Source: Flavobacteriaceae bacterium ASP10-09a
GTDB taxonomy: Bacteria; Bacteroidota; Bacteroidia; Flavobacteriales; Flavobacteriaceae
NCBI GenBank assembly: GCA_000981625.1
Contig: LAQA01000020.1
Span: 14,604-64,354 of the forward strand
Direction: 5' to 3'
Length of the DNA stretch: 49,751 nucleotides
Shown here: piece by piece, positions 28,246-38,423 of the stretch
Layout: every line of letters starts with the position of its first letter
Position numbering within the stretch: the stretch's first letter is position 1
Made by a program: the position numbers and the translations under genes
The notes under the pieces: generated by a model
Seen by the model: the letters and a program-made list of their open reading frames with translations, nothing else
Told to the model about the DNA's origin: nothing
Database searches by the model: none

Positions 28246-29517
28246 ATGAAAGAAGAATTTTTGTACTATCTCTGGCAGTATAAACTGTTTTCTAAAAGAG
28301 ATTTATGTACAACTGAAAACCAAAAAATAACTATTTTAAAGTCAGGTATTCATAATAAAAATTCAGGACCTGATTTTTTAAATTCTCAAGTAAATATTGG
28401 CAATCAGCTTTGGGCTGGCAATGTTGAAATGCATATAAAATCTTCAGATTGGTATTTACACAAACATGAAGAAGACGTTAATTTTGATGCAGTGATTTTA
28501 CATGTTGTATGGGAGCATGATTCCGTTGTTTTTACGAAAAACAATAAACCTTTACCAACTTTAGTATTAAAAAATTTCGCTGATGAGAAATTGTTGTTAA
28601 ACTATAAAAATCTTATTGACCGTAAACAAAATTGGATTCTTTGTGAAAATCAAATTAAAAATACGGATACATTTTTAATTGATAACTGGTTAGAGCGTTT
28701 GTATTTTGAAAGGCTAGAACAAAAAGCAATTTTTATTAAAGAATTATTACAGCAAACAAATTATGACTTTGAAGCTGTTTTATTTCAGTTAATAGCTAAG
28801 AATTTTGGATTAAAGGTTAATGGAGATTCCTTTTTACAACTTGCCAAATCTATTGATTTCTCTATTGTTAGAAAGGTTTGTTACGATGAGCAAAAATTAA
28901 CAGCTTTGTTTTTTGGACAAGCAAGTTTTTTGGAGAAAGAACCAGAAGTAAGTTATTATCGGCAACTAAAAAAAGAATATGAATATTTGAAGCACAAATA
29001 CAATCTTGAGCCAATTGCCAACGAACAGTTTCAGTTTTTTAGAATGCGTCCTCATAATTTTCCAACAATAAGAATTGCACAATTAGCATCTTTATTTTTT
29101 ACGCATCAAAACTTATTCTCAAAATTAATGAGTATTAACAAAAAAGAAGAGTTTTATAAACTGTTTTCTTTTGCAATTCAAGATTTTTGGACAACACATT
29201 TTACTTTTGAAAGTGTATCAAAAAAATCTCAAAAAAAAATATCTAAATCATTTATAGATTTACTATTAATCAACACAATTATTCCATTAAAATTTGTCTT
29301 TTTAAAGAGTCGAGGAGAGGTTGAAGAGGAAGAAATTATGCAATTAATTAGGCAAATTTCACCAGAAAAAAATAGTATTATTTCTAATTTTTCTGATCTA
29401 AAAATTAGATCAAAAACAGCTTTAGAAAGTCAAGCTTTATTAGAACTTAAAAACGCCTATTGTGCAAAGAAACGCTGTTTAGAATGTGCAATAGGTAATA
29501 ATTTATTGAGAAATTAA
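28246..29517 (+). CDS. DUF2851 family protein
   Basis: MKEEFLYYLWQ start (ATG 28246 preferred to TTG 28231); GPDF, GNVEMH, SDWYLHKH, RPHNFPTIR; C-terminal CAKKRCLEC. Confidence 0.8.
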   Translation: MKEEFLYYLWQYKLFSKRDLCTTENQKITILKSGIHNKNSGPDFLNSQVNIGNQLWAGNVEMHIKSSDWYLHKHEEDVNFDAVILHVVWEHDSVVFTKNNKPLPTLVLKNFADEKLLLNYKNLIDRKQNWILCENQIKNTDTFLIDNWLERLYFERLEQKAIFIKELLQQTNYDFEAVLFQLIAKNFGLKVNGDSFLQLAKSIDFSIVRKVCYDEQKLTALFFGQASFLEKEPEVSYYRQLKKEYEYLKHKYNLEPIANEQFQFFRMRPHNFPTIRIAQLASLFFTHQNLFSKLMSINKKEEFYKLFSFAIQDFWTTHFTFESVSKKSQKKISKSFIDLLLINTIIPLKFVFLKSRGEVEEEEIMQLIRQISPEKNSIISNFSDLKIRSKTALESQALLELKNAYCAKKRCLECAIGNNLLRN

Positions 29518-31944
29518 TTAATTTTTAGGATATAATATTTCTTTAATTTTAGCTAAACAATCTCTATAATGATATTTTGTAATTCTGTTTATACGCCTAC
29601 CTTTAGCAATCGTTAATTGAAAGTTCATTATTTCTAATTCACCTCTAATTATAGAATTAATATCAGTGTTTTTAGTTTCTTTACTGTTAAATAAAACGGC
29701 TAATCTATCAATAAAAGACTTCTGTAAATTACGTCTAAAAACGTCTACATTTTTTAAATAATTTGCTTCGTAAAAAAGACCAGTTCTTAAATCTCTTATC
29801 ATATCAGAGATAGCATAAAAATCATCTTGAATAACTTCAGCATCTATCATTCTCTTTAATCTATTTGCATTTAGTAACGAGTACAATTGTCTATTTTGCA
29901 AACGCAACATTAAGTCAGTATACCCACTTTCTTTAAAGTTGGCTAAAATATTTTTATCTAATAACCAAGTTTGAGTTTTAAATGCATTTTTTTGCAACCA
30001 AATTAAAGACTCCTTTTGGTTTTCTTTCGTTACAGGAATATAAATATTACCGGTTTGATTTGGTTTTTTATTAAACTCATATACACCACCAATATTACCT
30101 GTTACATGACCTATATATCTGCTCCAAACACTTAAGAGTTCTCTATATAATTCTGCCAAATCTTCATAGTTATTCGTTTGACTAGATGTCCAGCTTGGTA
30201 AGTTTTTAGCAACAATTTTCAGATTTTTTATTCCGTAAGTAGAGGCTTTTACTTGATCATTTCCGATTCCTTCAGTTTGAGCAGAAGGATCAAATCTTTG
30301 ATTTCCAAATCTGTATATTGGATTATCTGCTTTGCTGTCAATCCATTTATCTAAAATTTTTACTTCTTGTTCTGGAGATTCTATATTTGGAATTTTACGA
30401 TACCCCCAGTTAATTGAATAATGGTCATAAGGACCTAATTGTCTTATAAATCGTATATTTTCATCACCTGGTTGTGCAATATAATTGAATCGCGCATAAT
30501 CCATAATGGTAGCTGCAATTCCAAATTTCTGAGTAAATTTTCCAGATCGTAAAGAATCTACGTCATACGCATAACTTGCAGCCATGTTGTGAGGTAAACC
30601 TAATGCATGACCAACTTCATGAGAAATGACCATTCGCATCATTTCTCCAATTTCCTCTGCAGGAGTTTCTAGTGTTCTAGCAGATGGATTTGCTGCTCCG
30701 GTTTCTAGTAAATACCTGTTTCTGTATGATCGTAAATGATTGTGATACCAAATAATATCGCTCTCAATTATTTCTCCAGTTCTTGGGTCAGAAACACTTG
30801 GTCCAGTTGCGTTTCTGGTTGTACTTGCAACATATCTTATTGATGAATAACGAGCATCTTCCATACTAAATTCTGGATCTTCTTCTTTTGTTGGAGGGTA
30901 TTTTGCCATAATAGCATTTTTAAAACCAGCAGTTTCAAAAACTTTTTGCCAATCATCTACACCTTGTTTGATGAATTTTTTTAATTTATGAGGAGTTGCA
31001 GGGTCTAAATAATACACAATTGGTTTTATCGGTTCAACCAATTCTCCACGATTGTATGCATTGATGTCTTTAGGTTCTAATCGCCAACGTTTAATATATC
31101 TTTTGTTATCTGCTTTTAAAGCTTCAGAGCTATAATCTACATTTCCCATAGAAAAATACCCCACTCTTTTGTCGTAAATTCTAGGCATCATTTTATTTTC
31201 TGGTAATAAAATCATAGATTGATTTACGCGTAAAGTAATCGTATTTGTTTTAGAATTACTTGGTGGTGCATCTGCATCAAAGGTAAAGTCTTGAACTACC
31301 TCTATGTTTTTGGGGTAGCTTTTTATGTTATTTATAAAACTTCTAGAAGCATCTAACTTTTTTACTTTATATCGTTTTCTGAAACTTGCAGGGAATGCTG
31401 TAATTGCTTTTACATCCGTAGAAAATAATTTTGTTACATCAACTAAAATAGCTGTAGAGTCTATGTTTTGAGTTTTAATATCAAAAGCATAAATTATTGG
31501 TTCTAAGTTATTCGCGACTACAGATTTATAAATTGGCAAAGAATCGTTTGCAACTGCATTGTATGATTTTACTTTTAATAGTATTTTGTTTTTAAATTGC
31601 TCCCAAACAATAACTTGCGTATTAATTTTTGAGCCTGCATTTACATATCCACCTCCAAGTCCTGCAGGAAGTTCTTTGAGTCTTGTAACTAATAACATTT
31701 CCTTTCCTAAAAATAATTTAGGAATTTCATATATAAATTCATCATTGGTTTCATGAACTTTAAAAAGCCCTTCATCCGTTTTTGTTTTTGAAGTTACAAA
31801 ATCTGAGTATTTTGGAGTTTTACTTTTTTTAGGAACTACTGCTGTCTGTTCTGTATTTTTATTTTTCGATTTTTTTCTTTGTGCTTTTACTTCATTAGTG
31901 GTTGTAAATAATAAAATTATTGAAAAGAGTAGTAGTTTTTTCAT
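29518..31944 (-). CDS. Exported zinc metalloprotease (metzincin-like)
   Basis: Signal peptide; HEVGHALGLPH zinc motif; Met-turn TIMDY. Confidence 0.88.
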   Translation of the reverse strand: MKKLLLFSIILLFTTTNEVKAQRKKSKNKNTEQTAVVPKKSKTPKYSDFVTSKTKTDEGLFKVHETNDEFIYEIPKLFLGKEMLLVTRLKELPAGLGGGYVNAGSKINTQVIVWEQFKNKILLKVKSYNAVANDSLPIYKSVVANNLEPIIYAFDIKTQNIDSTAILVDVTKLFSTDVKAITAFPASFRKRYKVKKLDASRSFINNIKSYPKNIEVVQDFTFDADAPPSNSKTNTITLRVNQSMILLPENKMMPRIYDKRVGYFSMGNVDYSSEALKADNKRYIKRWRLEPKDINAYNRGELVEPIKPIVYYLDPATPHKLKKFIKQGVDDWQKVFETAGFKNAIMAKYPPTKEEDPEFSMEDARYSSIRYVASTTRNATGPSVSDPRTGEIIESDIIWYHNHLRSYRNRYLLETGAANPSARTLETPAEEIGEMMRMVISHEVGHALGLPHNMAASYAYDVDSLRSGKFTQKFGIAATIMDYARFNYIAQPGDENIRFIRQLGPYDHYSINWGYRKIPNIESPEQEVKILDKWIDSKADNPIYRFGNQRFDPSAQTEGIGNDQVKASTYGIKNLKIVAKNLPSWTSSQTNNYEDLAELYRELLSVWSRYIGHVTGNIGGVYEFNKKPNQTGNIYIPVTKENQKESLIWLQKNAFKTQTWLLDKNILANFKESGYTDLMLRLQNRQLYSLLNANRLKRMIDAEVIQDDFYAISDMIRDLRTGLFYEANYLKNVDVFRRNLQKSFIDRLAVLFNSKETKNTDINSIIRGELEIMNFQLTIAKGRRINRITKYHYRDCLAKIKEILYPKN

Positions 31945-32013
31945 GAGTTTTTTTTATTTCATGCTTCTAAAATAATAAAAAGATATTATTAAACTTGTAG
32001 ATTGTAATGTAAA

Positions 32014-32050
32014 TATAAAAAGCTCAAACATATTGTTTGAGCTTTTTATA
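32014..32050 (-). terminator. Intrinsic (potentially bidirectional) terminator
   Basis: 17-bp perfect inverted repeat TATAAAAAGCTCAAACA-tat-TGTTTGAGCTTTTTATA, downstream of the E1 gene. Confidence 0.85.
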
Positions 32051-32069
32051 CTTTGTTAAAGACTTTAGA

Positions 32070-34523
32070 TTAATACAAACTCTTAAATTTAGCAGGATTT
32101 TCTTCATGCATAATGTCATATATTTTTTCAAAAATATCTTCAGCAGATGGTTTAGAAAAATAATCCCCATCTGTACCATAAGCAGTTCTATGATCTTTAG
32201 CGGTTAATGTTGAAGGTTTACTGTCTAGATGTTGATATCCGTTTTGATTTTCTAAAATTTCTTGTAAAAGATAAGCAGAAGCTCCTCCAGGCACATCTTC
32301 ATCAACAACTAATAGTTTGTTAGTTTTTGCTAAACTTTTTACACAATCATGGTTTAAATCAAAAGGTAATAAAGTTTGTGCATCAATAATTTCAATATCA
32401 ATACCAACCTGATTTAAATCTTTTGCAGCTTCTTCTACAACGCGTAAAGTAGACCCATAAGAAACAACAGTAATATCTGTTCCGTCTTTAATTGTTTCTA
32501 CAACTCCGATAGGAATTTTAAAGTCACCTAAATTTATAGGTAATTCTTCTTTTAAACGATATCCATTTAAACATTCTATAACCAAAGCAGGATCATCTCC
32601 TTCTAACAAGGTATTATAAAATCCAGCAGCTTTTGTCATATTTCTGGGAACCAAAACATGAATTCCTCTTAAATTATTTATAATTCCAGCCATAGGTGAA
32701 CCAGCGTGCCAAATTCCTTCTAATCGATGTCCTCTAGTTCTTATGATTAAAGGTGCTTTTTGTTTACCAAAAGTCCTGTAGCGTAGTGTAGCTAAATCAT
32801 CACTTAATATTTGAAGTGCATACAACAAGTAGTCTAAATACTGAATTTCAGCAATAGGTCTTAAACCTCTCATTGCGAGTCCTATTCCTTGGCCTATAAT
32901 GGTAGCTTCTCTAATACCAGTGTCTGAAACTCTGATATCTCCATACTTTTCTTGAAGACCTTCTAGACCTTGATTTACGTCACCAATAAAACCAGCATCT
33001 TCACCAAAAATTACAACATCATCATGTTTTTTTAGAATTGCATCAAAATTATCTCTCATTATAATTCTAGCATCAACCAATTTTTTCTCTTGAGAATATA
33101 TTGGTTTCTTTTCTTCTATATTTAATGCGCCTAAATCAGTTTCACTAGTTAAATGTGTGGAGTATTTTTGATAAGCATCATTAAGAGATGATTTTATAAA
33201 ATTTTGTAGTACGATTTTTTCTGCAAAATGCTCATCCTTTAAATAGCGCAAACATTTTCTTAAAGTTGATAGAATATCTTTTCTAGAAGGTTCAGCTACT
33301 GCTAATAAGTCTTTTTTATATTTATGTATAAAAGTACCATTTTCACTTTTATTTGCAATGTTTTCTAATATTTCTGCAGCATTAGAAAGTTCTGCTTTTA
33401 TATCATTTTGATAAGCATTCCAGGCATTTCTTTTTGCGCTTGTAACTTCTTTTTTTGCTTCTTTTTCAATTGTAATTAACTCTTCTTCAGTATCTACAAA
33501 TCGTAAAATATCGCCAGTTTCTGTTTCTAGTTGAAATTCTAAAATCCATTTTCGCATTTTGGTAATACAATCAAAGTCAATTTCCCATTGTAGTCTTTCT
33601 TTGTCTTTATATCTTTCGTGAGAACCAGAAGTAGAATGACCTTGTGGTTGCGTTAATTCTTTTACGTGAATTAAAACAGGTACATGTTCTTCTCTTGCAA
33701 TTTTTGCTGCTTTTTGATATATATCAACTAACTGAACGTAATCCCAGCCATTTAGAACAAAAATTTCATAACCGTCTTTTTCATTATCTCTTTGAAATCC
33801 TTTTAAAATTTCAGAAATACTTTCTTTTGTTGTTTGATGTTTAGCGTGTACTGAAATTCCATATTCATCATCCCAAACACTCATTACCATTGGAACTTGT
33901 AAAACTCCTGCTGCATTTATGGTTTCAAAAAATAAACCTTCACTTGTACTTGCGTTTCCAATTGTACCCCAAGCAACTTCATTTCCATTAATAGAAAAAT
34001 TAGATTTATGTTGTACACTTTTTTCGTTTCTATAAATTTTAGAAGCTTGTGCTAAACCTAATAGACGGGGCATTTGACCAGCAGTAGGAGAAATGTCTGA
34101 GCTAGAATTATATTGCTCAGTTAAGTTTTTCCAATTTCCATCTTCATGTAAACTGTGTGTTGCAAAATGGCCACCCATCTGTCTTCCTGCAGACATTGGA
34201 TCTGCTTTGATATCTGGATGTGCATACAGAGCAGAAAAAAATTGTTGGGGAGTTAACTCACCAATAGCCATCATAAAAGTTTGATCTCTATAGTAACCCG
34301 ATCTAAAATCACCAAGTTTAAAAGCTTTTGCCATCGCCAACTGAGGTACTTCTTTTCCGTCACCAAAAATTCCAAACTTAGCTTTACCAGTTAACACTTC
34401 TCTTCTACCTAATAAACTACACTCTCTACTAACTTTTGCAATTCTATAGTCATTTAAAACTTCTCTTTTAAAATCATTAAATGTAATTTCTTGAGTATTT
34501 AAAGGAATCGTTTCTTGCAGCAT
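32070..34523 (-). CDS. Branched-chain 2-oxoacid dehydrogenase E1, fused alpha+beta subunits
   Basis: TPP-binding GNASTSEG region, GHSTSG, GEDAG, DTGIREATIIG, transketolase C-terminal domain. Confidence 0.9.
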   Translation of the reverse strand: MLQETIPLNTQEITFNDFKREVLNDYRIAKVSRECSLLGRREVLTGKAKFGIFGDGKEVPQLAMAKAFKLGDFRSGYYRDQTFMMAIGELTPQQFFSALYAHPDIKADPMSAGRQMGGHFATHSLHEDGNWKNLTEQYNSSSDISPTAGQMPRLLGLAQASKIYRNEKSVQHKSNFSINGNEVAWGTIGNASTSEGLFFETINAAGVLQVPMVMSVWDDEYGISVHAKHQTTKESISEILKGFQRDNEKDGYEIFVLNGWDYVQLVDIYQKAAKIAREEHVPVLIHVKELTQPQGHSTSGSHERYKDKERLQWEIDFDCITKMRKWILEFQLETETGDILRFVDTEEELITIEKEAKKEVTSAKRNAWNAYQNDIKAELSNAAEILENIANKSENGTFIHKYKKDLLAVAEPSRKDILSTLRKCLRYLKDEHFAEKIVLQNFIKSSLNDAYQKYSTHLTSETDLGALNIEEKKPIYSQEKKLVDARIIMRDNFDAILKKHDDVVIFGEDAGFIGDVNQGLEGLQEKYGDIRVSDTGIREATIIGQGIGLAMRGLRPIAEIQYLDYLLYALQILSDDLATLRYRTFGKQKAPLIIRTRGHRLEGIWHAGSPMAGIINNLRGIHVLVPRNMTKAAGFYNTLLEGDDPALVIECLNGYRLKEELPINLGDFKIPIGVVETIKDGTDITVVSYGSTLRVVEEAAKDLNQVGIDIEIIDAQTLLPFDLNHDCVKSLAKTNKLLVVDEDVPGGASAYLLQEILENQNGYQHLDSKPSTLTAKDHRTAYGTDGDYFSKPSAEDIFEKIYDIMHEENPAKFKSLY

Positions 34524-34546
34524 TTTTATAAGGTTTTAGACTGGTG

Positions 34547-34554
34547 CAAAGATA
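34547..34554 (-). promoter_or_regulatory. -7 promoter element
   Basis: TATCTTTG on the minus strand, 23 nt upstream of the E1 start. Confidence 0.6.
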
Positions 34555-34668
34555 GTTTTTTTAATTGATATTTAAAAATATCTTATTTACCTGAGAATAT
34601 GTTAAAGAAAGTGTGTAAAAAAACTATTTTGTTAAAGATTATACAAAATATTTGATTTTATTTGATTT

Positions 34669-37479
34669 TTATAAAAATCCTCTTCTAAAGAAATTATAAA
34701 TTGAATTTATATTTCCAGTTAAAGTAAATCTAATTTTTTGAGGATATCCTTTTTGAGATATTTCCCATCCGTTATTTGAGTATAAAGGAAAATACACTTC
34801 TAGTATATTATGAACAAAGTTAAAGCGAATTCCATTATTATATCCAAAATAAATAGGATTATTTTTATTTTTTAAAAAAGCAACGTCATTGTAAAATTCC
34901 ATCCATTTCCATAAACCAAAACTAGAATTGAATGCGAACATATATTGATTTGCGAATCTTGTTGGTAATACAGATTTAAACCCTCCTTCAGCAGTGATAT
35001 ATTGTTGACTAAAAAAACCGGTATCTTCTGATCTACCAAAGTAATTAAGTTGAAATAAATAATCATTCGCTCTATCCAATCCAAAACTAAAATAATCTCC
35101 TTCAGTTTTATTATTTAAAAAAGCACCTGCAAAAAACCTAAAATCTAATTGTGTATCCGAAGTAGATAAAGACCTATACCTTAAGTCAACTCCAGCTTTA
35201 GAGAATTTTTCAGCAACTTCTAAACTAAAGTTATATCTAAATTCTTTTATAATATCAGGATTTATATAATTGTAACTGATACTAAAAACATTGTATTTAT
35301 CTTGATCCGTTCTAATGTCTGTAGCAGCTATTTCTTTGTCAATATGAACTAATTTGGCTCTTATAGATTCTGAAGTTGCATCTCTTAAAGACTTTCTCTT
35401 AAAAATAATATTCGCAAAAGGTACAAAGGAAGTGTAAGATAAGTTTGGAGCATAATCTAAGGTTTGTCCAAAAACGCCGTACATAATTTTGTAGATATTA
35501 GTTTTTTCTAAATATTGATTATATAAAACAGAAAAACTACCAATTAATGAACTACTTTTTATTGCATAAGAAGGTGCGAGTTTAAACTCTAGGTTTCTTT
35601 TTATTAAAGGTCTGTTGTGGAGTTTTACCCCTAAGACAAGACCATTATAAAAATTATAATTTACTTCTGGTTGATAAAAAACTTGAGTATAATATGGATC
35701 TTGTATGTCTTTTATTAAAGTCAATTTTAAAGGTTTATTAAAAATTTTATTTTCTAAACTCTTCCAATTGTCTAGAGTATTTAACTCAGGATAAATATTT
35801 TCGTAATTTAAAGAAACCTTATTAAAATCTTTTTTTGGTATCGTAACAGTCTTAGAAGTTTCAATATTTGTAAACCATTTCTTATACTTAATTTCTTTGT
35901 CTTTTAAACCATATAATAAAACAGGGGTGGTAATGTTTCTTTTATTTTTAATGGTGATTTCTAAACTATCTTCTTTTACGTTTACATGATCTATTGTATA
36001 GTCGATTTTTTTGTTTGTTTTGATGTAATCATTAAAAAACCAATCGATGTCTTTATCAGTTTTTGATGATAAAATCTTTTGAAATTCTGAACTAGAAATT
36101 ATTTTTGTTTCATTTTTTTGATAAAATTCTTTAATACTACTGTTTAATATACTGTCACCTAAAAACCCTTTTAAATACCTAAAACCTAATCCTGCTTTAT
36201 ATTTATTTGCAATTTTTCTATTAAAGTTTGATAAAGAATCTGCGGATGTTACAAGTGCTTGATCTAAAAATTTTCTTGATATAAATTGATAAACTACAGG
36301 GTATTTATCATTAAAACCTTGCTTGGAGATATGGAAATTTTTTATAAACCATTTATCAGATAAATTACCCAATAATTTTGTATTGGGATAAAACTCTTCT
36401 ATATATTCTAACATTAAATAGTTTTGTAGTCCATCTAAAAACCAATAATCTTTTCTTTTATTTAGCAGTAAAGTGTTTTCTATATATTTTTTTGTTAATG
36501 CCTTAAACATAGTAACATCCCATTTAAAAGTATCCGAAAAAGGACGTAAAAAATTGGGTAATTGATTTAAGCCATAAACTGGGTTCTTGGTTTGTGTAAT
36601 TTTATCAATATATATTTCTTTGTGAGGATATTTTCCTAAATATTTTTCAATAAAAAGTAATTCTCTATTTAAAATATCAATGGCTGTTTTACGATCAACA
36701 TCGTCATTAAATACATCTGTATAAACTGTAGTTTTTTTAGTTTTAAAAGTTTTTAACTTTTTGCTTTTATTGATTCCTAAAATGATGTCAGTTTTGTTTT
36801 TTCCAACTAGATAGTAACTAGTGACATTTTTATTTTCCGTTTTGTATTGATATAAATTACTTTCTAAAACATATTCTTTTGGGATGTTAATTTCAATAGT
36901 AAAATCTGTACCACTTTCGTATAAATCATCAATATTTAAATTGCTCATTAATTGCCAGTCATTATTGTAAACAGCTGGTGTTATGTACCAAAAACGTAAA
37001 TGGTAACCTTCCTTAGTTTTTCCATAATTAGTAAATTTTGCATTTGGTAATTTTATAATATAAGCAATAGATATTTTTACACTATCATTAGGTTTTAGAG
37101 GTTTTACAAGAGGAACCTTTAAAATATCAGCTTTATTTTTTACTTCCATAAAGTTCGTGACCTCATGGTTTACAGTAAGATTTTTTATAGTAGTTCTTCC
37201 TAAGTCTTTTTTTGCAGAAAAATATAAGTTCTTTTTGTAATCTTTAATAAATCTTTTAGATAAAGGTGTTTTTCTATCCTTAAAACTATTCGCCCAATTA
37301 TGGAGGTAAATATTTGTTAGAGTTGAATCCGATGTATTGTGAAAAATAATTTCTTGTTGAATTAGTAATTCATCTTTATCGATATCTAAAGTCGATTTTA
37401 TAGCGATCGAATTTTGCTGTGCAAATGCAAATAGAGATATAAAAAAACAGAAAATAAATATGTTTAGAGATTTTTTCAA
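34669..37479 (-). CDS. Exported M1 aminopeptidase-like protein lacking HExxH, with beta-rich C-terminal half
   Basis: Signal peptide; M1-like blocks (IYLHNWANSF, FWYITPAVY, LGKYPH, WFLDGL); TTG start. Confidence 0.6.
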   Translation of the reverse strand: MKKSLNIFIFCFFISLFAFAQQNSIAIKSTLDIDKDELLIQQEIIFHNTSDSTLTNIYLHNWANSFKDRKTPLSKRFIKDYKKNLYFSAKKDLGRTTIKNLTVNHEVTNFMEVKNKADILKVPLVKPLKPNDSVKISIAYIIKLPNAKFTNYGKTKEGYHLRFWYITPAVYNNDWQLMSNLNIDDLYESGTDFTIEINIPKEYVLESNLYQYKTENKNVTSYYLVGKNKTDIILGINKSKKLKTFKTKKTTVYTDVFNDDVDRKTAIDILNRELLFIEKYLGKYPHKEIYIDKITQTKNPVYGLNQLPNFLRPFSDTFKWDVTMFKALTKKYIENTLLLNKRKDYWFLDGLQNYLMLEYIEEFYPNTKLLGNLSDKWFIKNFHISKQGFNDKYPVVYQFISRKFLDQALVTSADSLSNFNRKIANKYKAGLGFRYLKGFLGDSILNSSIKEFYQKNETKIISSSEFQKILSSKTDKDIDWFFNDYIKTNKKIDYTIDHVNVKEDSLEITIKNKRNITTPVLLYGLKDKEIKYKKWFTNIETSKTVTIPKKDFNKVSLNYENIYPELNTLDNWKSLENKIFNKPLKLTLIKDIQDPYYTQVFYQPEVNYNFYNGLVLGVKLHNRPLIKRNLEFKLAPSYAIKSSSLIGSFSVLYNQYLEKTNIYKIMYGVFGQTLDYAPNLSYTSFVPFANIIFKRKSLRDATSESIRAKLVHIDKEIAATDIRTDQDKYNVFSISYNYINPDIIKEFRYNFSLEVAEKFSKAGVDLRYRSLSTSDTQLDFRFFAGAFLNNKTEGDYFSFGLDRANDYLFQLNYFGRSEDTGFFSQQYITAEGGFKSVLPTRFANQYMFAFNSSFGLWKWMEFYNDVAFLKNKNNPIYFGYNNGIRFNFVHNILEVYFPLYSNNGWEISQKGYPQKIRFTLTGNINSIYNFFRRGFL

Positions 37480-37671
37480 ATTATAATTTTACAAATTTTA
37501 AGGGTTTGTAAGGATTCGTTTTAAGAAATATATTTCTTTTTGAAAACCGATTAGTATTTGTTCTTAATTTATTTCCTGTATGATATATTTGCTTTAAGTA
37601 CTGTAAAACATTTTTTTTAATTTTAGTTTGTAAGAATAATAAATTTGAACAAACTAAAATTAAAAAATATA

Positions 37672-38379
37672 TTAGAAGTTTGGTTTTAACTTGTATTTGC
37701 TGTAAAATTTATTAAAATGTTCAACAGCTTCATCAGCAGTGTCAACCAATCTAAAAAGGTTTAAATCTTCTTCGTTGATATTTCCTTCTTCAATAAGTGT
37801 ATTTTTAATCCAATCAATAATTCCTCCCCAAAATTTTGTACCCACTAAAACAATAGGAAAACGGCCAATTTTGTTTGTTTGAATTAATGTAATCGCTTCA
37901 AAAAGTTCATCCATTGTTCCAAAGCCTCCAGGCATAACAACAAAACCTTGAGAGTATTTTACGAACATTACTTTACGAACAAAAAAGTAATCGAAATCTA
38001 GACTTTTACCTGGATCAACCCAAGGGTTATCGTGTTGTTCAAAAGGTAGTTCAATGTTTAAACCAACAGAAAGACCTTTTCCTCTTCTTGCTCCTTTATT
38101 ACCTGCTTCCATTATTCCTGGTCCACCACCAGTAATTACACCAAAACCATTTTGAGTTAATTTAAAACCAACTTCTTCTGCTAATTTGTAATATGGATGA
38201 TCTGGTTTTGTACGTGCAGAACCAAAAATAGAGACACAAGGTCCAATCTTACTTAGTTTTTCGTACCCTTCAACAAACTCAGCCATTATTTTAAAAATAG
38301 CCCAAGAATCGTTTGTTTTTACTTCATTCCAGGTTTTTGTCTGTAGTTTCTCTTTTATTTTTCTATCATCATTTGTCAT
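37672..38379 (-). CDS. LOG family nucleotide monophosphate nucleosidase
   Basis: FGSAR, ITGGGPGIMEA, FFVRK, PGGFGTMDELFE. Confidence 0.92.
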   Translation of the reverse strand: MTNDDRKIKEKLQTKTWNEVKTNDSWAIFKIMAEFVEGYEKLSKIGPCVSIFGSARTKPDHPYYKLAEEVGFKLTQNGFGVITGGGPGIMEAGNKGARRGKGLSVGLNIELPFEQHDNPWVDPGKSLDFDYFFVRKVMFVKYSQGFVVMPGGFGTMDELFEAITLIQTNKIGRFPIVLVGTKFWGGIIDWIKNTLIEEGNINEEDLNLFRLVDTADEAVEHFNKFYSKYKLKPNF

Positions 38380-38423
38380 AATCAGTTTGTTTTAGATTTT
38401 GTGCCATAAAAAACAGCAGCCTG

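Noticed and set aside
29510-29525. Convergent genes abutting or overlapping at their stops (also 13221-13224 and 19255-19260)
   Set aside because: Common in compact AT-rich genomes; no further evidence of antisense regulation.
37480-37671. 190-nt intergenic gap with a weak TTACAAA/TTTGTAA inverted repeat
   Set aside because: Short AT-only pairing expected by chance; no ORF, promoter-terminator unit or recognisable RNA.
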